From assembly GCA_964578745.1 (NCBI GenBank), contig CAZODZ010000003.1, forward strand, positions 265 to 64,264: 64,000 bases of DNA, read 5' to 3'. Of the stretch, positions 28,247-36,677 are shown piece by piece. Position numbers and translations under genes: made by a program. Position 1 is the first letter of the stretch. Every line of letters begins with the position of its first letter. Origin of the DNA: an uncultured Dehalococcoidales bacterium (lineage in GTDB: Bacteria; Chloroflexota; Dehalococcoidia; GIF9; AB-539-J10). The notes under the pieces were generated by a model. It worked only from the letters and a program-made list of their open reading frames with translations, had not been told where the DNA came from and ran no database searches.

Positions 28247-29128
28247 ATGAGCAGAGTGGACAATAACGAGCCTGGCGGTGCCGGAGCGGAGGCGCGCCAC
28301 CTCCACGTGCCGCCGGATGAGCCTGGGTTCTGGGTCTCTCCAAGTAACCTTGAACGCCTTGGCAGGGTGGCACAGCGGTCGCAGGCAGGCGAGTGCGTCA
28401 ACGCGATTATCAGGGGGCCGAAGGGCTGTGGCAAGACGACCCTTGCCAGGGTCTTCGCCGCAAGGTGGGCTCGGCCGTTCTACGAGGTCCACTGCGGCGC
28501 GTTCGTCGATGTAGAGCAGTGGTTTGGTAAGGACAGGCTTACGGCGGGTGAGACGTGGTACCGGAAGGCGCGGTTCATCTACGCAGTCGAGACTCCCTTC
28601 TGTGTCGTGCTCCTCGACGAAATCAATCGCGCACACCCCGAGGTCCTGAACGCCATCCTCGGCCTGCTCGACTGGCGACGATCCATGTGGAGTGACGATC
28701 TAACGTATGAAGTCCGCGTTGCACCGGGAGTGGTGTTCTTTGCCACTATCAACGAAGGAGAAGAATTCTACGGCGTGAATCCACTGGACGCCGCGCTCAG
28801 GGACAGGTTTCCCCGCACCATTCGCCTCGACTATCCACCCAGGAACGAGGAGGCGGCAATCCTGCGGGAACATGGCCTGGCTCCGGCGACGGCCGACAGG
28901 CTGACCGAGTTTGCGCATACCCTGCGAAAGAGTACGCGACCGGTCCCGATATCGACGCGACAGCTGCTGGTCGCGGCCGAGGAGGTCCTCGGCGGGGCCA
29001 CGCTGCGCGAGGCGGTGGAGACTGCCATCATCTTCGGTATTGATGATCCGGCACATGAGAAAGCTGCACTTCAAGCGCTGCAGTGGGTCGAGGACGAACC
29101 ATTCGTATCCCGTATTGATGAAAACTAG
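28247..29128 (+). CDS. MoxR-class AAA+ ATPase of the CbbQ/NirQ/NorQ/GvpN type
   Basis: ATG at 28247 follows GGAGGAG. The protein is 293 aa with Walker A GPKGCGKTT, Walker B VLLDEINRA and the AAA_5 sensor region. The 5' extension in the ORF track is rejected. Confidence 0.8.
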   Translation: MSRVDNNEPGGAGAEARHLHVPPDEPGFWVSPSNLERLGRVAQRSQAGECVNAIIRGPKGCGKTTLARVFAARWARPFYEVHCGAFVDVEQWFGKDRLTAGETWYRKARFIYAVETPFCVVLLDEINRAHPEVLNAILGLLDWRRSMWSDDLTYEVRVAPGVVFFATINEGEEFYGVNPLDAALRDRFPRTIRLDYPPRNEEAAILREHGLAPATADRLTEFAHTLRKSTRPVPISTRQLLVAAEEVLGGATLREAVETAIIFGIDDPAHEKAALQALQWVEDEPFVSRIDEN

Positions 29129-30815
29129 CTCGTTGATGCCTCCCCCCGGCTCCAGCCTCTCGGACTACTGGCGCATTGACCGTTCCGAAGACCGCTCACG
29201 CGAGCTGGCTTCGGTTCTCGGAGGGGCTGCTTCCATGGCGGAGCTCGTTCAGTCAAGGCTGCGCGAAGACGTACCGAGGGGCAGTGAACACGCTTTTTCT
29301 CCGGTGGTGCTGGATCCCAGGCTGCTTGCTGGCTTTGCGGCGCCAGTCCCTTCGCAGGTAGTCGATTGCATCATCGGCATCGCTGTCCGGGAGGCGGGCT
29401 TTCGGGAGCTGTCGACGGACATACGGGCGTGCGAAGAGTGGGCAGCCCGGGAGGTGGCCGAACGGCACGAACTGGAGACCGTTCACCGCGTGCTCGAAGA
29501 CTACTATGTATCGGTCCGACTGCAGCGGCTGTCACCTGTGCTCGGAAAATATCTGGAGGCCCGTGCGCGCGCGATCGTTGCTCCGCTGCTTGATCGATGG
29601 AGAGACAAGGCTGGTGGTGCTGTGACGCGTGGTGCAGTACTTGAAGCGTGGCTCGCTGTAGACATGTACGGGGAGGAGCCGCCTCCGGCTATGGACGGGC
29701 GGCTGCTCCGCGGCATGCAGTCGCTGCGCGAGTTGGCGAACCGTTATATCGCTATTGATAACGCGGAGGAAAGATGTATTCTCGCCCTGGGTGCCTGGCG
29801 TCTGCTGCAGGAATATCCACGGGGTGCAGATGACCTGAGCAGCGCGGTGCGCCAGGTGGTGGGCGAAGGTAGCGATTATGAGTCGGCCGACTGTCGGATG
29901 AGGCGGAACATTATCGGTGGAGGCGATGTTGGCAGCTTCGTGGACTTGTCAACCTGTCTGGTTGACGAGCTGCGCGGTGTAGAGTTCGAGAAAGACCAGT
30001 CGAGCGGACATGTGCCGGACGACGCCGTGTCGCTGACTTCCGATCTACGCGACCTTGGCGTGCTCGCTGCGGAAACCGTGGTGCGGGATGCAGAGTTTGA
30101 CGCCGAGGCCTACGATAGAGTCAGACGGAAAGTGGAGAGGGAGATAGCGGACGTGCGGAGGCTCTTCTCCCGTCTCGACGAGATTGAAGCGCGCTGGAGG
30201 CATGGATTGCGGCGGGGAAAGCTCGACGGCCGGCGCCTGTCACGGGTCGCCTCTGGTAAGGAGACGGTGTTCAGGCTGCGTGACGCGCGGCACCGCATCT
30301 CGATGGCGCTCATCTTTCTCATCGATGTGTCTGCCTCGATGAAGCCTCATATGGCAACCGTCAACAGGGCCGCCTGCGTCGTCGCCGAAGCCCTGCGAGG
30401 CCTCAGCCCTGCCGTGTGGTACGAAGTCCTCACCTACACCAGCGGGGGACTACAGCCGGGAGCGATGGTGCAGCTCACAAGGCTTGCCTCTCCTGGCAAG
30501 ACGCTCTCCCTCAGCAACGTGTGGAGCGAAGGGGGGACCCCTACGGGTGAGGCCATCGCTGTCGCGCTGCTGTTGCTGCGGAGACGGACGGCGCGGCGGA
30601 GACTGGTGCTGCATTTCACGGATGGCCACCCGAAGAACACGTACGTCGTCCGACAGGCCCTCGAGATGTGCCGCCGGGAGCATGTGGATGTGGTTACTGT
30701 CTCGGTAGGTACACCGCAGGAGACGCTGTACGGTAGTGGCAAGTGTGAGGTCGCCTATACAGTATCAGAACTGCCCGGCGTCCTTTACCGCTTGCTGCCA
30801 CGTCTGTACCGCTAG
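29118..30815 (+). CDS. von Willebrand factor A domain protein, CbbO/NorD-like partner of the MoxR ATPase
   Basis: About 565 aa. A C-terminal VWA domain carries the MIDAS motif (FLIDVSASM = DxSxS, plus TDG) and the N-terminal region is long and helical. Its start overlaps the ATPase stop by 11 nt. Confidence 0.65.
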   Translation: MKTSSLMPPPGSSLSDYWRIDRSEDRSRELASVLGGAASMAELVQSRLREDVPRGSEHAFSPVVLDPRLLAGFAAPVPSQVVDCIIGIAVREAGFRELSTDIRACEEWAAREVAERHELETVHRVLEDYYVSVRLQRLSPVLGKYLEARARAIVAPLLDRWRDKAGGAVTRGAVLEAWLAVDMYGEEPPPAMDGRLLRGMQSLRELANRYIAIDNAEERCILALGAWRLLQEYPRGADDLSSAVRQVVGEGSDYESADCRMRRNIIGGGDVGSFVDLSTCLVDELRGVEFEKDQSSGHVPDDAVSLTSDLRDLGVLAAETVVRDAEFDAEAYDRVRRKVEREIADVRRLFSRLDEIEARWRHGLRRGKLDGRRLSRVASGKETVFRLRDARHRISMALIFLIDVSASMKPHMATVNRAACVVAEALRGLSPAVWYEVLTYTSGGLQPGAMVQLTRLASPGKTLSLSNVWSEGGTPTGEAIAVALLLLRRRTARRRLVLHFTDGHPKNTYVVRQALEMCRREHVDVVTVSVGTPQETLYGSGKCEVAYTVSELPGVLYRLLPRLYR

Positions 30816-31072
30816 ACGTCTGGCCCCGCTGTGTCTGTAGTGGATTTGTTCAACGCGCGAAGTACCTCTTCCACCTCTTGCTGGTCCGGCATCTTCTCGC
30901 GCGCCTGCACGTATTCCTCGAGCATGCGGCGTTCCTTGTGTCGCCGCAGGAGCGTCTCGGCTCCTCTACAGAAGAACTGACTGATTGTCTCTCCGCGAGC
31001 CTGGCTCTGTACCTCTACGGCGTGCAATAGCTCCAGTCCCACGTCTATCTCGATCCTCGTCCTGTTGTCCAA
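30812..31072 (-). CDS. Small ribbon-helix-helix (CopG/Arc/MetJ-like) DNA-binding protein
   Basis: 86 aa. The N-terminus TRIEIDVGLELLHAVEVQSQARGETISQFF fits a beta-strand followed by a helix, as in RHH proteins. It is divergent from the nitrilase gene. Confidence 0.35.
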   Translation of the reverse strand: MDNRTRIEIDVGLELLHAVEVQSQARGETISQFFCRGAETLLRRHKERRMLEEYVQAREKMPDQQEVEEVLRALNKSTTDTAGPDV

Positions 31073-31230
31073 TGGTGCGCCCCTTGTCGTACGCCTGTAC
31101 GGCCTACCATTATAACGCGCACGCCGGGCGCGAGGATAATGCCTTCGTTGTGTTGACCGGGACTGGTCACATACCTATACTTCCCGCTTGTCCGTTTGCG
31201 GTTGCACGACGGTGAGAAGGAAAGGGAGAG

Positions 31231-32202
31231 ATGACACAACTGATGGGTCAGGAGGTCGCATTCCCCGCATACCGAGTGGCGGCGGTACAGGCGGCACCAG
31301 TGTTTCTTGATCGTGATGCGACCGTGGACAAGGCGTGTCGCCTCATTAAGGAGGTCGCCGCCTCCGGCGCATCTCTTGCGGTGTTTCCTGAGACGTGGAT
31401 ACCGGGCTATCCCGTCTGGACGAACGCTGACTCGCGTTGGAACTACAGGCCTGCGAAGGAGGCATATTCGCTTCTGTACCGTAACGCAGTCGATGTTCCG
31501 GGCCCTGTTGTGGACAGGCTCTGCGAGGCGGCAGGAGCCGCCCGTGTGGCGGTCGTCATGGGTGTGCACGAACGGAGTGCGACTGGCACGCTGTACAACT
31601 CGATGATATTCATCGACCGCGATGGCCGATTCCTTGGGAAGCATCGCAAGCTTGTTCCGACCTACCACGAGCGCATGATATGGGGGAGGGGTGACGGCTC
31701 TACGCTGTCTGTGTTTGATACGGAGCTGGGTCGGCTGGGAGGGCTTGTATGCTGGGAACACTGGATGCCTCTCGCCCGCTACGCTCTATATGCAACCGGG
31801 GAGCAGGTGCATGCAGCGGTGTGGCCCAGCGCCACCGAGACATTTCTACTGGCATGCCGAGCCATGGCGTTCGAGGGAAGACTCTACGTGGTGGTTGCGG
31901 CCAGCTACCTCACGAGATCCATGCTGCCCCCAGCCTTCCCGTTGAAAGGGGAGATGGAGTCGTTCTCAGAAGAGCTGTGCATTGGGGGCAGCGCGGTCGT
32001 CGGCCCTGATGGCCGCTTCCTCGCAGGCCCTGTGTATGGCGGTGAGACGATAGTCTATGCGGATATCGACCTGGGCCGACTGGCGGGAGAGAAGCTGTTG
32101 CTTGATGTCGCCGGCCACTACTCGCGACCGGACGTGTTCTCTCTCCACATCAACCGCCGGCGGCAGGAACCGCTGCTGTCTGACGAGGCCGATATGAGCT
32201 AG
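31231..32202 (+). CDS. Nitrilase (carbon-nitrogen hydrolase superfamily, nitrilase/cyanide hydratase branch)
   Basis: 323 aa. The catalytic triad context is present: FPE (Glu), the RK (Lys) region and GGLVCWEHWMP (Cys nucleophile), which is typical of branch 1 nitrilases. Confidence 0.8.
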   Translation: MTQLMGQEVAFPAYRVAAVQAAPVFLDRDATVDKACRLIKEVAASGASLAVFPETWIPGYPVWTNADSRWNYRPAKEAYSLLYRNAVDVPGPVVDRLCEAAGAARVAVVMGVHERSATGTLYNSMIFIDRDGRFLGKHRKLVPTYHERMIWGRGDGSTLSVFDTELGRLGGLVCWEHWMPLARYALYATGEQVHAAVWPSATETFLLACRAMAFEGRLYVVVAASYLTRSMLPPAFPLKGEMESFSEELCIGGSAVVGPDGRFLAGPVYGGETIVYADIDLGRLAGEKLLLDVAGHYSRPDVFSLHINRRRQEPLLSDEADMS

Positions 32203-33278
32203 CCGATGTAGCCGTCCCGTACCAGCATCTCGGCGACAAGCAGAGCGCCCCTGGCCGCACCCATCTTCGTGTTGTGTGACACGAGAACGTACTTCAGTCC
32301 GTTCTCGAGCACGGAGTCGGCGCGCACCCTGCCCACGGTGGTCGCCATGCCGTTGTCATTGTCGCGGTCGAGTCGAGGCTGTGGCCTGAACGGATCCTGG
32401 TCAACGAGGACCATTCTGTGCGGTGCACTGGGCAGGCCGGACACGTCATCGCCGCCGCTGTAGTCGAGCAGCGCTGCAATGGCAGACTCCACGCTCGACG
32501 GCTTTGATGTCGACACGAACACTGTCTCGGTATGCCCCTCAAGGACGGCGACGCGCGTACAGGTGCAGCTCACTCCGAATGAGGCTGGGGTGATGGCGTC
32601 GCCCTCCATGCGCCCGAGGAGCTTCTGGGTCTCGCGCTGCACCTTCTCCTCCTCGCCTGGTATGAACGGGATGACATTGTCCAGTATGTCGAGACCGATC
32701 ACTCCCGGACTTCGGCCGGCGCCCGACATTGCCTGGAGCGATGTCATTACGACCATGTTCAGCCCGAAGGTCTCGTACAGCGGCTTGAGCGTGATGGCGA
32801 GCCCGCAGGTGGTGCAGTTGGGAATGGGAGTTACAAAGCCTTTCCAGCCACGACGTTTGCGCTGCACGTTGAGGAGACGCGCATGCCCGGAGTTGACGCC
32901 TGGTATGAGTATCGGCACGTCTTCCTCGTAACGGAAGGCGGAGGCAGTGCTGATGACCGGCACGTTTGCGGCATACTGCGGCTCGAGTGTCCTGGCTGCA
33001 TCCGACTCGATGGCCGAGAAGACGAGGTCCACGTCTGTTGTGTTCAGTTCGCCCGCATTGACTACGGGCATGTCCATGGCCTCCTCGACGGGAGGCTCGC
33101 TACAGAACCACCTGAGCGCGCCTGTCCCAGGGGCGGTGATTGCTTCTTTGTAGCTGCGGCCTGCAGAGCGCTCCGATGCGGCGAGCGTCTTTACCTCTAT
33201 CCAAGGATGACCCTTCAGCGCCACGAGGAACTGCTGGCCTACAATGCCTGTTGCGCCTACAATCGCTGCCCGTATCAT
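32199..33278 (-). CDS. asd: Aspartate-semialdehyde dehydrogenase
   Basis: 359 aa with the N-terminal Rossmann AIVGATGIVGQ and the active-site Cys region NCTTCGL. Confidence 0.9.
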   Translation of the reverse strand: MIRAAIVGATGIVGQQFLVALKGHPWIEVKTLAASERSAGRSYKEAITAPGTGALRWFCSEPPVEEAMDMPVVNAGELNTTDVDLVFSAIESDAARTLEPQYAANVPVISTASAFRYEEDVPILIPGVNSGHARLLNVQRKRRGWKGFVTPIPNCTTCGLAITLKPLYETFGLNMVVMTSLQAMSGAGRSPGVIGLDILDNVIPFIPGEEEKVQRETQKLLGRMEGDAITPASFGVSCTCTRVAVLEGHTETVFVSTSKPSSVESAIAALLDYSGGDDVSGLPSAPHRMVLVDQDPFRPQPRLDRDNDNGMATTVGRVRADSVLENGLKYVLVSHNTKMGAARGALLVAEMLVRDGYIG

Positions 33279-33435
33279 GTCGAAGCCTCCCGGATCGTTT
33301 CGTGAAGCGTAAAGTGTACCACACGATTGGAGAATGCTCCTCCAGCGCCGCGACAGGAAGCGTGAGCTGCAAGAGCGCTATAATGGGCAGACTGGTCGGA
33401 GGGCAATCTCAATCTGTTATCTGTCGAGGAGGGCA

Positions 33436-34869
33436 ATGCCGAGTTCAAGTCTTGATGCGATCTTCAATCCCCGGTCGATAGCCATCGTCGGGGTGTCCAC
33501 TTCAGGGCGCACCGCCCTGCTTGGGGGCGCGAGTTACCTTGACGCGATGATACGGTGTGGCTTCAAAGGCAGGCTCTACCCTGTGAACCCGAAGGGTGGT
33601 GAGGTGCGTGGGCTGACCGTGTACCCGAGCGTGCGCGATATTCCGGGCCCGGTCGATTATGCCATTTCGGCCATTCCGGCTGCAGGCGCAGTTCAACTGA
33701 TGCAGGACTGTGTGGCCAAGGGGGTGAAGGCAGTCCATTTCTTCACGTCCGGCTTCTCCGAGCTGGGTCGACCCGAAGGAATCGAGCTGGAGCGACAGGT
33801 ACTCGCACTCGCAAAGGAGCACGGCATCCGCGTCGTTGGACCCAATTGCATGGGGGTCTACGCGCCGGGCTCGGGAGTCTCTTTCCTGTCCGATCTGTCC
33901 AGCGAAGGAGGACCTGTGGGTGCCATCTGCCAGAGTGGCGGGAACGCCATCTACGTCGCGCGCGAGGCAGCCCGCAGGGGCGTCCGTTTCAGCAAGGTTG
34001 TCTCCTATGGCAACGCAGTTGATGTCAATGAATCCGACCTCTTGGAGTATATGGCCGATGATCCTGAGACAGGCGTCATCCTTGCATACATCGAGGGCGT
34101 CAAGAACGGACCGCGCTTCAAGCGTGCGCTCGAGCGGGCAGCCAGCCGCAAGCCGGTGGTGGTCCTGAAGGTGGGTGTTTCCGAGTCAGGTGCGCGCGCT
34201 GCTGCATCACACACCGGCTCTCTCGCAGGCGCCGACAGGGTGTGGGACAGTCTGCTTGAGCAGGTCAACGCCGTGCGTGTCCACACTATCGAGGAATTGA
34301 TCGACATGGCGGTCACGTTCATGTTTCATGACCGGCCGCTGGGGCGCCGGGCAGCACTCCTAGGTCTGGGTGGGGGGGCGACAGTGCTGGCGGGCGACGA
34401 GGCATCTAACGAGGGGCTGCTGATGCCGGGATTTCCTCCTGAACTGCGGGAACGGGCGGCACGACTCCTCGGCACAGAGGCGGGTACGATTATCAATAAT
34501 CCCATGGACCTGTCAGCCGAAGCATGGACGCTCGGGTACTATCCGATATTAAAGGTGTTCAGCGAGTACGACGGGATCGATTTCACGCTCGTACATCTGT
34601 CCGTGGGACTCATCGTGCCGCCGCCCGAGCGGCATCGCGAGATCTGGTCGAAGCTGAACGACGATATCATCAGGGCTCATGCGGACTTCGGCAAACCCAT
34701 CGTGGTGGCGATACAGATGCTCACGTTCCCTGAGCATTATGAGTGGATGGTGGATGCCAGGGAGGGCTGCTACAAAGCGGGTATCGCCGTGTACAACTCG
34801 ATACGGCACGCGGCACGGTCGGTGACTAGGCTGCAGAGATACCACGAGCGCAGGGCCTTGCGCGGCTAG
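33436..34869 (+). CDS. CoA-binding domain protein related to the alpha subunit of ADP-forming acyl-CoA synthetases / succinyl-CoA synthetase alpha
   Basis: ATG at 33436 follows GAGGAGGG. The protein is 477 aa with CoA-binding (SIAIVGVS...), CoA-ligase and ligase_CoA_2 style regions. No adjacent ATP-grasp beta subunit is present. Confidence 0.6.
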   Translation: MPSSSLDAIFNPRSIAIVGVSTSGRTALLGGASYLDAMIRCGFKGRLYPVNPKGGEVRGLTVYPSVRDIPGPVDYAISAIPAAGAVQLMQDCVAKGVKAVHFFTSGFSELGRPEGIELERQVLALAKEHGIRVVGPNCMGVYAPGSGVSFLSDLSSEGGPVGAICQSGGNAIYVAREAARRGVRFSKVVSYGNAVDVNESDLLEYMADDPETGVILAYIEGVKNGPRFKRALERAASRKPVVVLKVGVSESGARAAASHTGSLAGADRVWDSLLEQVNAVRVHTIEELIDMAVTFMFHDRPLGRRAALLGLGGGATVLAGDEASNEGLLMPGFPPELRERAARLLGTEAGTIINNPMDLSAEAWTLGYYPILKVFSEYDGIDFTLVHLSVGLIVPPPERHREIWSKLNDDIIRAHADFGKPIVVAIQMLTFPEHYEWMVDAREGCYKAGIAVYNSIRHAARSVTRLQRYHERRALRG

Positions 34870-36557
34870 ACGCGGCGGGCAAACAGCCGTTCGAGGCAGG
34901 GCGAGTCGAAGACGATGACCGTCGGCCTGCCGTGTGGACAGGTCCTCGGCTGGGTGGTGCGCTCGAGCGACTTGATGAGTTCATACATCTCCTCGCGAGA
35001 CAACTGTTGTCCGGCGCGCACGGAGGCGTGGCATGCGACCGATTCGGTCAGGCGGTCGCGGCTCCTTTTCGCGGCCGTCTCCGTGCCCATGTCCTGCAGG
35101 ATGCGATGCAGTGCTCCTTCGGCATCGACGCCAGCCAAAGGCGCTGGAATGCTGCGCAGGAGATACGACCGGTCGCCAAAGGGCTCCAGGTCGAAGCCGA
35201 GTCGCCGGAGGTCGTCCATGAGATGTGAAATGGTTACGCTCTCCACCGGACTGAGTTCGATTGTGACTGGCTCCAGCAACCCCTGAACGTCAGGAGTGGT
35301 ATCCCCGCGGCGCTGTGACAGACGGTCGTATACCACCCTCTCATGTGCCGCGTGCTGGTCGATGACATAGAGACCGTCCGGCCCCTCGGCGAGTATGTAG
35401 GTCGCACGCACTTGGCCGAGCACCCGCAGCGGCGGCAGCATATCCGTGCCCGTTGTTGCGATGGTCGGCGCGGGCGACGAGAATGGCAGAGGGCCTGTTT
35501 CTGCCACTGTCCGCATTGTCGGGGTGACTTCCCGCGGGGACTGCATGACATGCCATGCCGGAGTCGCTACCGGGGTGTTGCGTACGGCAGCAGCCACCGC
35601 GTCGCGGACGCAACGGAATACACGCTGCTCGTCGGCAAATTTCACCTGGGCCTTGCTCGGATGCACATTGACGTCGACAAGGCTGGCAGGCAGGCTGATA
35701 TCGATGAATGCGACAGGATTGCGGTCGCCGAGTAGCAATCCACGGTAGGCCTCCTCGATTGCCCGCTGGAGCAACGGGCTGCGTACCCAGCGCCGGTTCA
35801 CGAACGTGCTCTGGTGCCTTCTTCCGGAGCGTGAGAGTGAGGCGGGGCCTGCAAGGCCGCTGACCCGGATGCCGTCCGCGCTGAGTTCCACGGGAACGAG
35901 TGAACGGGCCACGTCGATGCCATAAATTCCGGCGACCACGTCGCGCAGTGCCCCGTTGCCTGGGCTGCGAAGAGCGAGCCTGTCCTCAAGCATGAGACTG
36001 AAGGCCACCGACGGGTACGCAAGCGCGTACTGGGTCACGACCTGTGCGCTGTGGCTGTTTTCCGTGCCTTCGGACTTGAGGAACTTGAGCCTGGCAGGAA
36101 CGTGCATGAAGAGGCGTCGCACCGCCACGGTTGTTCCCACCGCGCGGGGCCGGGACTCCCGGTGTGCAACCTTGCCGGCATGCAGGTAAACGAAGATGCC
36201 GGCTTCTTGCCCCACAGGGCGTGTTGACAGTTCCACGTCGGCAACAGCTGCGATACTCGGCAGCGCTTCTCCACGGAAGCCGAGGCTGCTGACATTCGCG
36301 AGGTCGTCGAGTGTACGTATCTTGCTGGTTGCGTGCCGCTCGAAAGCGAGTTCCGCCTGTGAGGCGGGAATGCCAGCCCCGTCGTCCGCCACGCAAATGA
36401 ATTCGACTCCGCCCGCCCTGCACTCGATGTCGATTCGCGATGCCCCGGCGTCGAGGGCATTTTCCACCAGTTCCTTGACGACTGAGGCTGGGCGCTCGAT
36501 AACCTCGCCCGCGGCTATGCGCGACGCAACATCCGGGGAGAGAACCTGAACGTCCAC
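34866..36557 (-). CDS. mutL: DNA mismatch repair protein MutL
   Basis: 563 aa with a GHKL ATPase N-terminus (VVKELVENALDAGA, GFRGEAL) and a C-terminal dimerisation domain. Confidence 0.9.
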   Translation of the reverse strand: MDVQVLSPDVASRIAAGEVIERPASVVKELVENALDAGASRIDIECRAGGVEFICVADDGAGIPASQAELAFERHATSKIRTLDDLANVSSLGFRGEALPSIAAVADVELSTRPVGQEAGIFVYLHAGKVAHRESRPRAVGTTVAVRRLFMHVPARLKFLKSEGTENSHSAQVVTQYALAYPSVAFSLMLEDRLALRSPGNGALRDVVAGIYGIDVARSLVPVELSADGIRVSGLAGPASLSRSGRRHQSTFVNRRWVRSPLLQRAIEEAYRGLLLGDRNPVAFIDISLPASLVDVNVHPSKAQVKFADEQRVFRCVRDAVAAAVRNTPVATPAWHVMQSPREVTPTMRTVAETGPLPFSSPAPTIATTGTDMLPPLRVLGQVRATYILAEGPDGLYVIDQHAAHERVVYDRLSQRRGDTTPDVQGLLEPVTIELSPVESVTISHLMDDLRRLGFDLEPFGDRSYLLRSIPAPLAGVDAEGALHRILQDMGTETAAKRSRDRLTESVACHASVRAGQQLSREEMYELIKSLERTTQPRTCPHGRPTVIVFDSPCLERLFARRV

Positions 36558-36677
36558 TGCGGTGAGTCTACACGGTTACGTGTATGCTGTCAACAGGGCC
36601 CTCGCAGGAAGCGAATACCGCCCTGAGCCGGTCGAGGAGGCTCTCTGTCTGGGGCAGATAGTCGCCGCGGACACGGT

